From Chrysomallon squamiferum (Eukaryota; Animalia; Mollusca): a stretch of DNA of 64,000 nt. Shown here piece by piece: positions 1-12,257 of this stretch; position 1 is the first letter of the stretch, and every line of letters begins with the position of its first letter. Position numbers and translations under genes: made by a program. Under the pieces are notes generated by a model. That model was not told the DNA's origin. It was given only the letters and a program-made list of their open reading frames with translations, and searched no databases. The DNA lies in the NCBI GenBank assembly GCA_012295275.1, contig CM022673.1:25978001-26042000 (forward strand), in the 5' to 3' direction.

Positions 1-48
<48 letters not shown>

Positions 49-67
49 AGATGATGATGAAACATAC

Positions 68-130
68 CTTTTTAATTGGCCCATAGACTTCAAATTCTCT
101 TCTCAGTTTTGATTCACTTGTGTCGTAATT
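68..130 (-). CDS. SNRNP70: SNRNP70 coding exon 5 ([24 protein letters not shown])
   Basis: 63 nt. Donor AAG|GTATGT at 67-62. The acceptor reads ...TTTGA| rather than AG (see findings). Confidence 0.93.
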
Positions 131-695
131 TCAAAAAAAAAAAAAAAAACTTAATTATAATAAACTTTCATAGATACCATGTTATATTCAAATTAAAAAT
201 GTAAAACAAGAAAATTTATGAAATGACAATTTCAATATAATAAAAAAAACAAAAAAAACACCCCAAAAACCAACTAAGTATATCTAAAAGGAATTCAAGT
301 AATTTTATAGCAAATTGTTTTCTTGCTGTTAGAAATTACTTCTGTATTAGTATTTGGAAAGTATTGCTGTTTTTCTGACCTTTCTTTAAAAAAGGAGCAA
401 ATGTATAATTTAAAAAAAAAAAAAAAAAATTACTGTGAAAATGAAAACAGCTGAATTTAGCATATGTGAATTTCAGGTCAAGAAAATTGGTGTCTCCAAG
501 TTATATTATGACATTTGTATTTTTTTTTAAACATCTTCTGCATTTAACATTACAAAACCCAACAGTAAATTCAATTAAGTATCTATCTCTTTGGGTTTTT
601 GTAAAAATGGAAAATCTAACTTACACCAAAAGTTGATGAAAAAAAAAAAAATAAAAAAAAAAAAAGATTTAAAAGAAAAAAAAAAAAAAAATAAA

Positions 696-746
<51 letters not shown>

Positions 747-1099
747 AAAAAAGGTAAATTACATGAAATGAATGTTAATTAAGGAAATGTTTAAGAAGAA
801 TTAAAGAAAAAGCTGCTTTACAGTCTAAGCTCTGAATGTTTTCTAAGCACTTCTAAATATGTCTTTGTGCATGGGTGAAACAACCACACTGTAAAATCGG
901 GGGTAAGCTTATTTCTCTTAGGCATGTTTCACATTCAAAGTATTATTTACAAGACAGAAGGAAAATACATTTATTCTGAACTCTAATTTTAAAATAAAAA
1001 AGAATATGCAAGATTACTTTTTAAAAATAATAAATAGAAAATAATCTTTTTTTTTTGTTGTTTTTGGGGGTTCTTTTTTTTAAATTATATATTCAAGCA

Positions 1100-1150
<51 letters not shown>

Positions 1151-4100
1151 TGTTTACCCAAACATGCAAGCTGGTATATATTCACTGACAAATGTTGACT
1201 GTAATTCTATCCTGGCGCTACTGGTGGGCTATGTGTAGATGATGCCAAGACATTAATTTAAGCTCATATAACAAAAGAGAAGTCACACTGACCTCTAGTG
1301 ATGTTGTAATTGTGTTTTATTGTTGTTGTTACCGTAAATTTCAAACATTTTCTCTTTTTTTTTATTTCTTTAACATAATAATTTTTTTTTAAATAAAGAA
1401 AAATTCATCTATGATCATCCATTATTAGATGTGGATGAAATGAACAGTCGTTTAACAGTGCAAGTACAAGATCACGAATTACCCTTCTGTCTTTAAAAGT
1501 AACAACTACGATTTAATTTGTATTCTGAATTTTAATCAGGTAATAATAATAATAATAATAATTTTGAAAGCCACCTATATCTAAAAATTTATTAGATCAA
1601 ACCATTTCATTAAATAAGCTAAATTTAACATAATATAAATGAACTAAAATAAACTCAGTGATGTAATTTTATCAATAAATCATTCAGAATGGGTCAGTAG
1701 TTAATGAACCATGCCAGTGATTTTCTTTGTCATTATTTTTGATAATAAAAAAAAGAATGAATAATGTACCTAATTGTATTTACCAACTTTTGAGAGCACA
1801 GTCAATAATATAACATTTGTGCAGTGGTCTACTATTCACTGGAAAACCTAGTAACTAACACTTTCGTGAAAATTGAGATATAAACATTTTTGGAGTTGTT
1901 ATGTTTTTACCAAATTAATGATGTGCTTAAAAAAATCTTAGATTAAAATTGAATTTGTTTCATGATAAATTTTTCCTTTGTGAATCTGCTGCAAATCATA
2001 ATACTTTTTGAATAATAATAAAAATTATCCCAAGAGTCATTTCTCTCCCCTAAAATGCATTGAAAATTCTAAAGAAAATTCTATTTTGATCATCATTGTA
2101 AGCTAACTATATAGTGAAACAAATACATCAAAAAATGTCCAAACATTAATTTAATTATTTAGATGAATCCATGTGTTCTTCCCCTAGAGAAGCCTTGCTT
2201 ATAAATATTTATGATTTGATGAACAAAGTGAAAAATAAAAAATAACGGCAACACAAATAGTGTGAGCACGAAACTGAAAATATAGTTTAAATAAAATTTT
2301 ATCACTAACAGTTACTCTGCAAGATATCCATCTCATATGGAACGAAACATTTTTATTATTTGCTGACGATACATCTGTGACATTGGTGCTTCAGTCTTGT
2401 AACACAGAAAGCTACAGAATTGTTTCGGTTATTTTACCCAAGTGTACAGTGCTCAACAACATCTGGCTGTTTTTCATAAAAATGCAAACATAAATTTTTT
2501 ATTGTCATATTCAGTCCTTCAGACTTAGCAATTACAATGATCTTTATTCAACTGAATTACTGTTGGTCAGATGAATGGAATAATCTCAAGCACTAGACGA
2601 TTAGTAAATGCAGTGGATACCATCGTAACAGTGGATTATATTCAAGATGATAATATAAGCTTCTGTGATAGATCAGCCCAGAGAAGTGAAGAATGAAACG
2701 AGTCTACCATTATTAATGAAAAGCATCAAATTACATAAAATTTCTGCATAGCAACGATTAGTCGTTCTATTTATTCATTTGCTGGGTTTTTTTTGTTTGT
2801 TTGTTCTTCTTCATGAAGCAAAATGATTCACAAGCAGAAAGATCAGAAAGATCTTTTTATAAGTGCCATTACAGCACTGGGAATACATTTTAACAGAAGC
2901 AGTATCGAACTGATGTCAGGGCTAGCGTAAAGTTATTAGTAAAGAACAATGGAATCAGTGATGAGGGCAATAGCTAGCTTATACATGAAACACTGAATTC
3001 GGAATAGGATGGTGGACAGTAAAGACAAATACATGGATGCTAGAAGCTGCCAGTAGTGACATGAAAATTAATTATGTTTTCTTACAGTGGTACAAGTGGT
3101 GGTATGGTATGTAATTTAGCAATTATTCTCACTATTTTTTTCCTACTGTTTATTAATTTATTTCTTTTCTTCAGGATTTGTTTTATTAAAACAACAACTT
3201 AAAATCAAAAAAAAAAAATTGCTGTCAGACTGCCTATTAAAGGAATCCAGAAAATTTATCATAGACACGATAGTGTATTGTTCTGATACAGAAAAATGTT
3301 GGAACCTGTAAAATGATTATTACTTCATGGTTTATTTTATTTATTACAAAATGTGACAGATTTCAGTCTAGTTAAATATGCTTCTATTAGCCAGCTAATA
3401 ATGGAATGGTAAGTGTGATTTTATATTAAGACTTTTCTCAATCCATTATTAAGTATTTTAACATTAGTGTTTTCCAGGTTTATAAAACTCTATATTTTTA
3501 CAGTCTTGATTTTACATATGTATTATTTGTAAGAAGTATGTCGAGTTTGAAATGTTAATCTGAGAAAAGATTACATTGGAAATGTGATACCCAGTACAGG
3601 AGATAAAGTTACTTTATCTTCTTGATAAAAATTTGATAAAAATAATGAATGCATTAAATTGAATTTTGTAGAGAATTCCTGCAAAAGTTTGTAACTAGTA
3701 AACCTGATTATTTTACAAACAGAGAAAACAAAACAAAACAAAAAATGTTGGGATATTAATGCTTTTTTCTTGTTCAATTTCTTCCCCCACCCCCTTTTCA
3801 TTAAAATATAGTTGTTGAAATAATGGACATGTTGGAGATCTGTAAACACCAAATTTTAAAAATAAAAACAAAAACAGTAATTCCAAATGCCAAATAATTT
3901 TAGAATAATTTTATGATCTTTTTCTGTCAAAACAGTTTAGAAAATATAAACATGTGATTATCTAAAATTCAGTAGCCTGAAGGTTAATGAACACTTAATT
4001 CTGATGTATGATGGTAATGGTTTTACAATTATTAAGCTTATTTTGTCAAATTATCTTTATATATAATCATAGAGACATTTTTATTCACAAAATTGGTTTT

Positions 4101-7100
4101 TTTTGTGGGGATATTAAGTTAAAATATGTAAAAATACATTAAATTACATCTATGGGTAAAGAAAATATTTAATTATTTCTTTACAAGTACTGGCAAAACT
4201 GCAAAATCAATGCCCATGTTGCAACACTTTATAAACAATGGCCATGATTTTTAACAAATTTGGATTTGCATTCACTGCTCTGATGACTTTGGTGTTTACA
4301 GTACTGAAAATATTAAATTTCAACACATTCATTTCTTAAGTAAATACAACTTTCCAATACAAAATATTTATATTTGATCCAAATATTCTATTGGCACAGG
4401 AAATTTAAAGACAGAAAACAAAAAAAACATCCATTTTATTTATATCCAAATTAGTTTTAAAACAAGTTCTTTGACCGAAATTGTTTAGAATCTGTACTGA
4501 AACAGATACAATTTAAATGCAAATTACAAAAATATTTAATTCTAATAATAAGAGAATGAAATTTTTAAATCTAAGGGAAGCAACCTTAAGGCTGATTAGG
4601 ACAGACTTCATTATAGATTCTTTCCCTTTCATGACACATATAAATATATGAAATACTTTTAAAATTAAATAACCAGACAATAATCTGTGGAACACAACAA
4701 AAAATGGCAAACTGTAACATTTTGGGGAATTAAAGAACAGATGTTCATCAAAAAATAAAATTGTTTTTAACTAAAAATATTCAAAGTGCTTTTTTGTCTG
4801 GAATTGTTATTCTTGCTCTGTTGAAAGTTTTTTTTTAGCATAAATGTATGAATAAAATATTTTTCATTCCGAGACGTGACAATTTTTGGGTGCCTTTTTT
4901 ATGATACTGTATAGCTGTTTTTATATATATATATATATATATGAGCTATTTCTTGAAAATTTAACAATTGCTATTTTTAATACTGTATCAGTGTATGTAA
5001 AAATATCAATTTCTATTTTCATTATATGCAAAAATAACAGTTCTTTATATATAAATCTAAAAACTGAATGGCTTTAGTCTACATTTCATTATAGCTCGTA
5101 AAACCAGGAGGGTGAAAGATAATGTTTTATTTTATTTTAAGCTAATTCTGAAGAAAATGTAAATGGTGATATTCTCATTAACAGCATTTCAAGTTCAGTA
5201 CTTCTTAAAACATTAAAGTAACAACTGTTAAAAAAATACCAGTACTTTATATTTTGAATGCAAGGTTTGATTGTAATTGTTACATGATCACTCCTTACAA
5301 CTTTAGTGACAGGCAAATCAAACTCACAGCTACAGAAGTTGTTTTAAAAATATAAAAATAATCATAATATAATTTAAAATGGACGACCAGTCTCTTGATG
5401 ATGACAACATTTTTGTTCTTGGGAAAAGAATGTATAATGTATGTATGTATATTTTTGCAGTCACTTTGCATTCATGATTTTCATACATGGATCAGGAACA
5501 CTGAATATTCAGACACAATGAAAGATGGCTCTCCATTTATACGCACACTCCCAAACCTTCCCCAACAAAAAATGACACACAATTACATTCAAAAATGAAA
5601 ATGAAAAAAAAATAAACAAGCAAATACAACTTACAATTCGGGCAACAAACAGGGTTTTGTAAGCATCTCCATTCAAAGTGCCGGCAGGGTCCCCTGTAAG
5701 AAAAATTATTTTATTAGTTTTATTCATGAATTTAATCATACCTGTTATTTCATATGCCAAATTTTTATCTTTGAAAGTGGTAGATAGTATGGTAACAAAG
5801 CTAATACTTAAATACGTGTTCAGAATGTAATTAGTTTCATTCCACATGATTTTTTTCGCATCCACTGTGTGTTATGTAATTTACACATCATTTTCCAAGT
5901 GTTGTGTATTCTGTACAGAAATATTTTGTTTCTAAGCTCAAAATGGGTACCAATTTATTTGGCAGCCACGTTTGAAATCAAGATTTTTTGTCTTCCTGGT
6001 GTTTACTGCATAGTAAGGTGACATACACCAAACATGTGAAATAGCCAGGTTGGTTAGTGGTTTTTTTGTCATTTATTAATTTTTTTAATTAAGTGTTTAT
6101 GAATTTGAAATTGAATATTAAAAACAACTTATTAACGACAAATGAACCTAATCCAAAATGATTACTAGTAGATGTTATGTAGTTTAATTTTTTTTTTTTT
6201 TTAATGTTTGCAAAAAAAAGTATACAAACACGTAGACAAAAACAGTTTTGTTCAAAATTCAATGATTATAATAATACAGCATTTCATTTTGGACTGAAAA
6301 AAGATACAGCAGTTAAATCACTTTGGAAGTATCATATCTTATTTTATTTAAACATGCCCAACACTGCACAAGTTTTAGAAACATTTATCTGTCTTATGTT
6401 AGTGTCCACCATTAAAACAATAAAAGTAAAAGTATTTAATTAACTTAAAACACTTTAATTTAATAAATATTTTTTACTTTCTTTCACAGAGAAAATGCTC
6501 AAATACAGCTTTATTTAGTTCTTGTTTAGTTTATACTTCCTATTTACAGTTTGTTTTGTTATGGTTTGTTTTGTTTTGTTGTTGTTGTCATTGTTTTGTT
6601 TTTTGGGTGTTTTTTTGTTGTCCTTCAGCTCTGGAGTGAACACTTAAATCAAGTGGTCACACTTTGCACATGAAGTTTAATTTACCTGGACCTTACTACC
6701 TGCATGATGACTTGCAAACAAGCATGTGATATATCCAGGATTATAATTACAACTACCTCAAATATTCTTTCTATTGTTTTTTTTGGAAATAATCATAGAT
6801 TTCCTTCACGTTTTGGGGATTTCTTAAACCTAACCTTGCTACTGTCATCTGGATATTTTAAACAGTAATTTTTTTTTACGAAACAAGAATAACCGTATAA
6901 AGTAAATTTCAGTTCTGTTCAATGAAACAATGACCTAAGTGTGGATTCAGAACAGATCTGGCTTGAAACAAAACAGATGCACTTTAGTTAAGCAACCACC
7001 AGTCCCACAAGAAATAAGTTTACGAGACATCAAGGATAGAAAATGATAAATAATTCAACGAATTATTCCCCCTTGTTACATTGTTTTGCAAATATAAACA

Positions 7101-10100
7101 ATATTTTTTTTTAAATCGATGCTTATTTCATTGAAAAATGTCTTAGTGGTAATGAATTTCTGTCCTGCTACTTGTTGTCTGTGTAAAGCAGCTGTTCCAT
7201 TTTTCTTATTTTCTTTTCCACATCTACATGACATTGTAATTTCTGCTACAATATTGACCTCATGTACCAAGATCATATTACTTGTTTATTTTATTAAAAA
7301 AATTTCAGTTAAAAATTAAAAAAATTAACAGCATTACATACAAATGCAGGATCTGTCTCGCCAAATTTGAAAAAAAATGAAAAAATTAAGAACCAAATGA
7401 TTTTTAGTCCAAAACTTGATAAAAATGTTTAAAAATTTGTGTTTAAATGTTTTTCAATTACTAGGTTTGGGATTACACTTAAAACTACAAATATATATGT
7501 ATTTTGAACACTTGGAAATGAAATGTATAGACACACACGTATTAACTGCACACAGTATTCCTCGTGGATAAATGCATTAATTAGTCTAGAAACATTTTAT
7601 AAGAAAAAAACTGTAACAATAATGAACTATGATAATGAAACAACTAATGTGCAGTTTATGACAATATAATTTTTCAACTAATTTATTTACAGACTGTAAT
7701 TTAATTTAAAAAATATTTTATGAAATAAGAAAAATAATTTCAGTGCAAAAACAAAAACAATTTAGCCCTATGACTGTTTGCAATTAAGAAATCTAATAAA
7801 ACATGAAAACTCACAAAGGGCAAGATCTTGTTCCAGTTTGTATGCATGTTGTTCCTGTCGTTCTTTTTTTTAAAAAAAAAAAAAAAAAAAACATAAAAAA
7901 TTGAAGATGAGTATGATAATAATAATAATAATACAGTAATTACAAATCCTAAAATGAGTCATTTGCATCCACATAAAAAATAATTACTAGTACAGTAATT
8001 TCTTCCATCAAAGTGCAATTACAAATTAAAAAATAAAAACTCAATAATATGCAAAACCTATCTAATGGAAAATCATTAATTTTAATTTAAAATTTGACTG
8101 AGTAATTAACAATAACTATCATTTTCAAAGTACTGCCATTTTGTTTTGTTTAGAAATGGAAACATTGCACAGAAAAGTATTAACAATACCTTTCGTTCTT
8201 TCTTTTCATCTCTGGTTTCAACTCTAGTAGGTGGTGGTGTATCCTTAGGATCCTGTGGTTAAAAAAAAAATAATAATGTTATATATATTTAAAATAATTT
8301 TATTTGTATTATCACAAACAACAACATAAAAAAGATTATATACAATATATTTACATATATTTACAGGGAAACTGATATTTATAACATTTTTGTCAGGTAG
8401 AAAACAATATTTCATCTTTCAAAATTACCCAACATTCACGTTCCCTTTTTCCTTTAACAAAAAGGTAATTTGTGTGAGTATCATTATCATAAAAGAAATT
8501 ATACAAAGACCTTTGTAATAAAAAATAAATTTTAAAAAAAAGAAGGAAAAGGGACAATCTTCACAATTCAGCTTTATAAGAATTTTTCTATTTCTTAATC
8601 AAGTATATAATCATTTCATTAATTTGAAATTTAATTTCATTTTCAACTGCAAAAGCAATTATGCATGTATAGCATAAAAAAAAAAAAATAAAAAATTGGA
8701 CAGACAATATGTAATGTTTTTCTTTGGCATAAATTGAAGGAATGTTTTAACATGTGAAATTTCTGTAGAAGTGCCAGTTATCAATTCTGCAGTAAACCCA
8801 TTCATTAAAAACATTATGAGCAAACATATACTTGTAAATATTACTCTGTGTACCTGGGAATAGTTGTCTTGGCCAGGTCCTCCTAGCCTTAACTAGTAAC
8901 ACATGACAAGAGAATGTACATTCAATTATGCCTGGGAGCTGCTAGCAAGATAAACTCATAACAACCATGCTGATAATACCACAGGTTTGGTGATGTCTGA
9001 TGTTGAAACTGTCAGTTAAATGTGTAGGTATAACAGTTATGTGAGCTCAAAACATTTTCCTTTCAGATATTATAGAAGAAATATATTTATGCAGAAAATA
9101 AACCTGATACTAGCTTAACAACTACTCCCGAACAAGTAAAAAATATAACCTGAATGAGCAAATATCAATAAACTATTATTCTTACTCTTAGAATGAGGTC
9201 ATCTTTCATGTCAGGACAATATAGGTTAAAAATAATTTGTAGCATTCATGTAAAAAATACCCACTGAAAAATGATTAATCTTACTTATTTGATAATAAGA
9301 TATTATTATCTAAATTATGATCTAGATTAATATTACTGTACTGATATCATAGAAACAGTAAGCTTTTGGGGTTGCTATTTTATTATTATTAAATATCCAG
9401 TGCAACATAACTTAACACACAGTTATTGGCTTTAATGTGTTCTCTTTCCATTAAACACAAACGTACTATGAACTGAGCCTTTTAGACATTGTTCATCTCT
9501 CAAGTTTTCTGGAAACATTTTGATATCTTTATTACATTTTTTCCAGTCCAAGGATATTGATGCTATTGAGTCTCAGAGGCAAGATAGGATCCAAGCTGCA
9601 CGACGAATCAAGAGAAAGAAAGCAACCCAAGAGCAGAAGTCGTATTCAGTGGATTCGTTAATGAACGAAGAAACGACTACATCATGTTTTCCAAGCTGTA
9701 TGAGGATGCAAGTGACCACTGATAAGGACCAACTGTGTCAGTCCAATGAAGCGACCAGCTCCAATTTTCCATCACCAGATTCTATCTCTGCTCTACCTGA
9801 TGTCAGTGGTTATAGAAATAACACTATTCGATTATGGTCCTCCAGTAATAAGAACTCGACAGATGAACATGACAACCAAAGATCACCACTTATGAGTGAG
9901 GCTGATAAAGATACAAGGTAACTGCCCACGGTTTTGTTTTTAATTATTGTTATTTGTCATATTTGTAAAGTGAAATATTTATCTATCAAAATAAAATAAA
10001 TAAGAGCCCCCCAAAAATGGCACTTTTTAATTTACCAAGTCATTTTTCAATAAAATGTATATATTACAATTGCTGATACTATTTATATTATTTTTAAGAT

Positions 10101-11351
10101 GATTTAATTTTTATCAGGATATTAGATTTGGAAATAAATAAAAAATAAAATAACAATTTAAAAAGAAAAGAAGTATTCAGATAAACATAACATGTGTATT
10201 TTTTTACACATTTGTCATGCACATAAAAAAAAACCAGGTTTTTAAAAAAACTGTACCCGATTATTTTTTGCAACTTAATATTTAACTTAGCCTAATAAAT
10301 AATGTGAAAATGACAATCCTTATAATTTTCAAATCAGTACTAAATATCTATTATTAAAAAACAACCTGTAATTAATTATTAAATATTGTTTTTTTTCCTG
10401 TTTTCAACTGAATAATGATGAATTAAATAATAGAAGTATGCACTGAGCAATTCAATATGCTTAAAAATCAAATGAAAACGTTACTTGCAAACTTGGCATT
10501 TATCCACAATGAAAATTGTTTCATCAATCAACATTCTATTATTGCAAAATGCGCTATATAATATTGAGTAACAGCTAAATGTTGTGCTGTGTTGCCTCCA
10601 ACTACTGATAAAGTGGTTAAGTGAATACTGAATTCATCACACTGACACTATGGGACAACAGAAACAGATCAATTATTTCATGCATCTAGTGATCTATACA
10701 TTCGTTTGTTACCAGAGTTCAATCCACCTCAATTATGTGAAAGTTCTAGAACAGAACATGAATTATTAATTGAGAAATTGCACAGTTAGAATACGATGCT
10801 ATGTTGTAATGTGTTTTGTAAATTACATTTACTGTGGATTTTTTATTTTGGTTTCTTAACGAATGTCAGAATGTTTTCCGAATGCTAAAAAGGAATTTCC
10901 AAATTGTGATGTTGTACAACTAGTATGCTGAACAAATAATTATATATATTTATATAAGACGGCGATCTGGTGCTGTAGCAACCAGGCTCCAATCGATTTT
11001 TGCTGTGCGTTATATATACATATCGGCTTCAGCAACAGATACGAGTTGAAGTGCAAAAGCGCTTCCCAGACAATGGCGACTCTAGTTTCCGCCATTTTGG
11101 AAACACTGTAAGTGCAATTTCCTTGTTTTGCCTTCGTTCAACTGAGTAATAACACGAGCACTTTTAAAATATTAATAGCACTATACCCAACACAATATTA
11201 TTTTTACCTCAAATTCCTTCAGTAAAGCACCAATTCCTCCATACGGTACTCGTTTCTTTTCGTGGCCTAATTTATCCACTGGTGGGAGAAAGTTCATAGG
11301 ATCCCTCGCAGCAAATAAAGCAAGAAGGTTAGGCGGTAAATATTGCGTCAT
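68..11351 (-). CDS. SNRNP70: U1 snRNP 70 kDa protein, 3'-partial; coding exons 11351-11208, 8252-8190, 7869-7815, 5693-5635, 130-68 (128 aa in window; gene continues beyond the left edge)
   Basis: Joined translation [128 protein letters not shown] matches the recalled U1-70K N-terminus and RRM start (human [18 protein letters not shown]...[33 protein letters not shown]). Intron phases are consistent (0,0,1,0,0) and all donors are GT. Confidence 0.96.
5635..5693 (-). CDS. SNRNP70: SNRNP70 coding exon 4 ((W)[19 protein letters not shown])
   Basis: Acceptor TTTTTCTTACAG| and donor |GTAAGT. Carries the RNP2-like TLFVAR motif. Confidence 0.94.
7815..7869 (-). CDS. SNRNP70: SNRNP70 coding exon 3 ([18 protein letters not shown]+T)
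   Basis: 55 nt. Phase-1 donor |GTGAGT completes TGG (Trp) with the next exon. The acceptor reads poly(T)-AA rather than AG (see findings). Confidence 0.88.
8190..8252 (-). CDS. SNRNP70: SNRNP70 coding exon 2 ([21 protein letters not shown])
   Basis: Acceptor TTTTTAACCACAG| and donor AAG|GTATTG. Matches human [21 protein letters not shown]. Confidence 0.94.
8967..8984 (+). CDS. Candidate first coding mini-exon (MLIIPQ) of a long-N-terminus Kv1 isoform
   Basis: ACCATG context with an in-frame stop upstream. Phase-0 donor CAG|GTTTGG is compatible with the 9547 acceptor, but the donor is only moderate. Confidence 0.35.
9547..9917 (+). CDS. Coding exon ([25 protein letters not shown]...SEADKDTR), probable alternative N-terminal exon of Kv1, lying antisense inside SNRNP70 intron 2
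   Basis: 371-nt open frame with coding-like composition, bounded by TTTTTTCCAG| and AAG|GTAACT. It ends in phase 2 and joins in frame to the Kv1 internal acceptor at 12543 (T-R-S-F-P-K). Confidence 0.7.
11073..11107 (+). CDS. Candidate alternative first coding exon of Kv1 ([12 protein letters not shown]|SFPK)
   Basis: Strong Kozak context ACAATGG, 35 nt, perfect phase-2 donor |GTAAGT, and a TATA-like element ~120 nt upstream. Confidence 0.45.
11208..11351 (-). CDS. SNRNP70: SNRNP70 first coding exon (48 aa)
   Basis: ATG at 11351, one base after an acceptor CTAATTCAG|. Donor GAG|[20 protein letters not shown] signature. Confidence 0.96.
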
Positions 11352-11514
11352 TCTGAATTAGTTTCACAAACGTAAATGAATAACGTTTCAGTTAATATTC
11401 GAGTATATCTATAAAACTTTACCGCTACTGATCACGTGAACCAAAGACGACGACAGACGCACATGGCGTTTTACCTCGTGCGCAAAGTCGATGCTTATTG
11501 GATCAATAACTTAC

Positions 11515-11600
11515 TTGTTAGACACATCATGTGAATGTCCGTATACTACAGAATAGGGTGATTGTTTCCATCAGCACAAAATGTCAATTCCGTGAATTGT
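11515..11600 (-). other. SNRNP70: Putative non-coding first exon of SNRNP70 (5' end unknown, right boundary approximate)
   Basis: The acceptor just before the ATG implies an upstream exon. The best donor is ACAA|GTAAGT at 11514-11509, giving a 162-nt intron. Confidence 0.45.
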
Positions 11601-12141
11601 CTTGTTATTATTAAACAAAAATAAACACAGATAAAATTTGAGTAATATCTTTTATGACTTATAAAAAATAAATGAAAAACCATTACTATTTTTTGTTGTC
11701 AGTATCCGAAATATTAATTTAAATTATTATATATTTTATGCTTCAAGAAATTCGTAATGATTGGTTAATATGTAGAAGTACGGTTCGTGAGCATCACCCA
11801 TGCTAATGTTGATTCACAGAAGAATTTATAGGGAAAGTACTTAAAGGATGCATTTTACAACTCAACGTGCTGTGGTTTATTTTAGATGATATACCAATGC
11901 AATCAACATAATGACTTGGTTCGTAGATCCTCATTCAAACCAACCAATAGTATTTTGGAATAGTGTTATGCTCGCGTCGGTAATCTAACAAGTAAGGTTC
12001 ATGTCGGTACTCGGTCTGCAATCCAGATATGCCTGGTAATGGATTGTTGGTGGATGTTTGGGCTAGTATGGCTAGAGCTGCGTCGCCAGAATCCTTTGCT
12101 GGGTGTCAGTGATAGCAACAGCGTCCAAAACCATTCTTCAG

Positions 12142-12257
12142 ATGGAAGAAAATGGGGAAGGCAATCTGACGTGTGACGTCAATAAAATCGATTCACTTGT
12201 TTCTCGGGCCAGGAACCGTAATACTAATATTTTCGTCCGCCATGTTTGTCGATATAG
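12142..12257 (+). CDS. Candidate alternative first coding exon of Kv1 (MEENGEGNLTCDVNKIDSLVSRARNRNTNIFVRHVCRYR|SFPK)
   Basis: 38 open codons from the first in-frame ATG to a phase-2 donor TAG|GTAATA. It overlaps the CRE-containing promoter of the unspliced isoform. Confidence 0.38.

Noticed and set aside
591-782. Poly-Lys ORF, and the many Y/I/C/V/T/H/L/S-rich ORFs across the window
   Set aside because: These are translations of poly(A) runs and microsatellites.
2500-3070. GC-richer stretch in a SNRNP70 intron, possibly a decayed LINE fragment
   Set aside because: No recognisable RT or endonuclease motif and no open frame could be read; it cannot be classified without a repeat search.
11223-11327. 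Apparent 105-nt phase-2/phase-2 + strand cassette exon ([15 protein letters not shown]...KARR) that would fit Kv1
   Set aside because: It is the exact antisense of the SNRNP70 first coding exon, which explains the open frame and GC content. Dual-strand coding is not excluded but has no support.
11463-11536. Short ORF MAFYLVRK...RHIM with a phase-2 GTGAAT donor
   Set aside because: Weak donor and Kozak context, overlaps the likely SNRNP70 exon-1 donor, and fits the NNG-TGA artefact.
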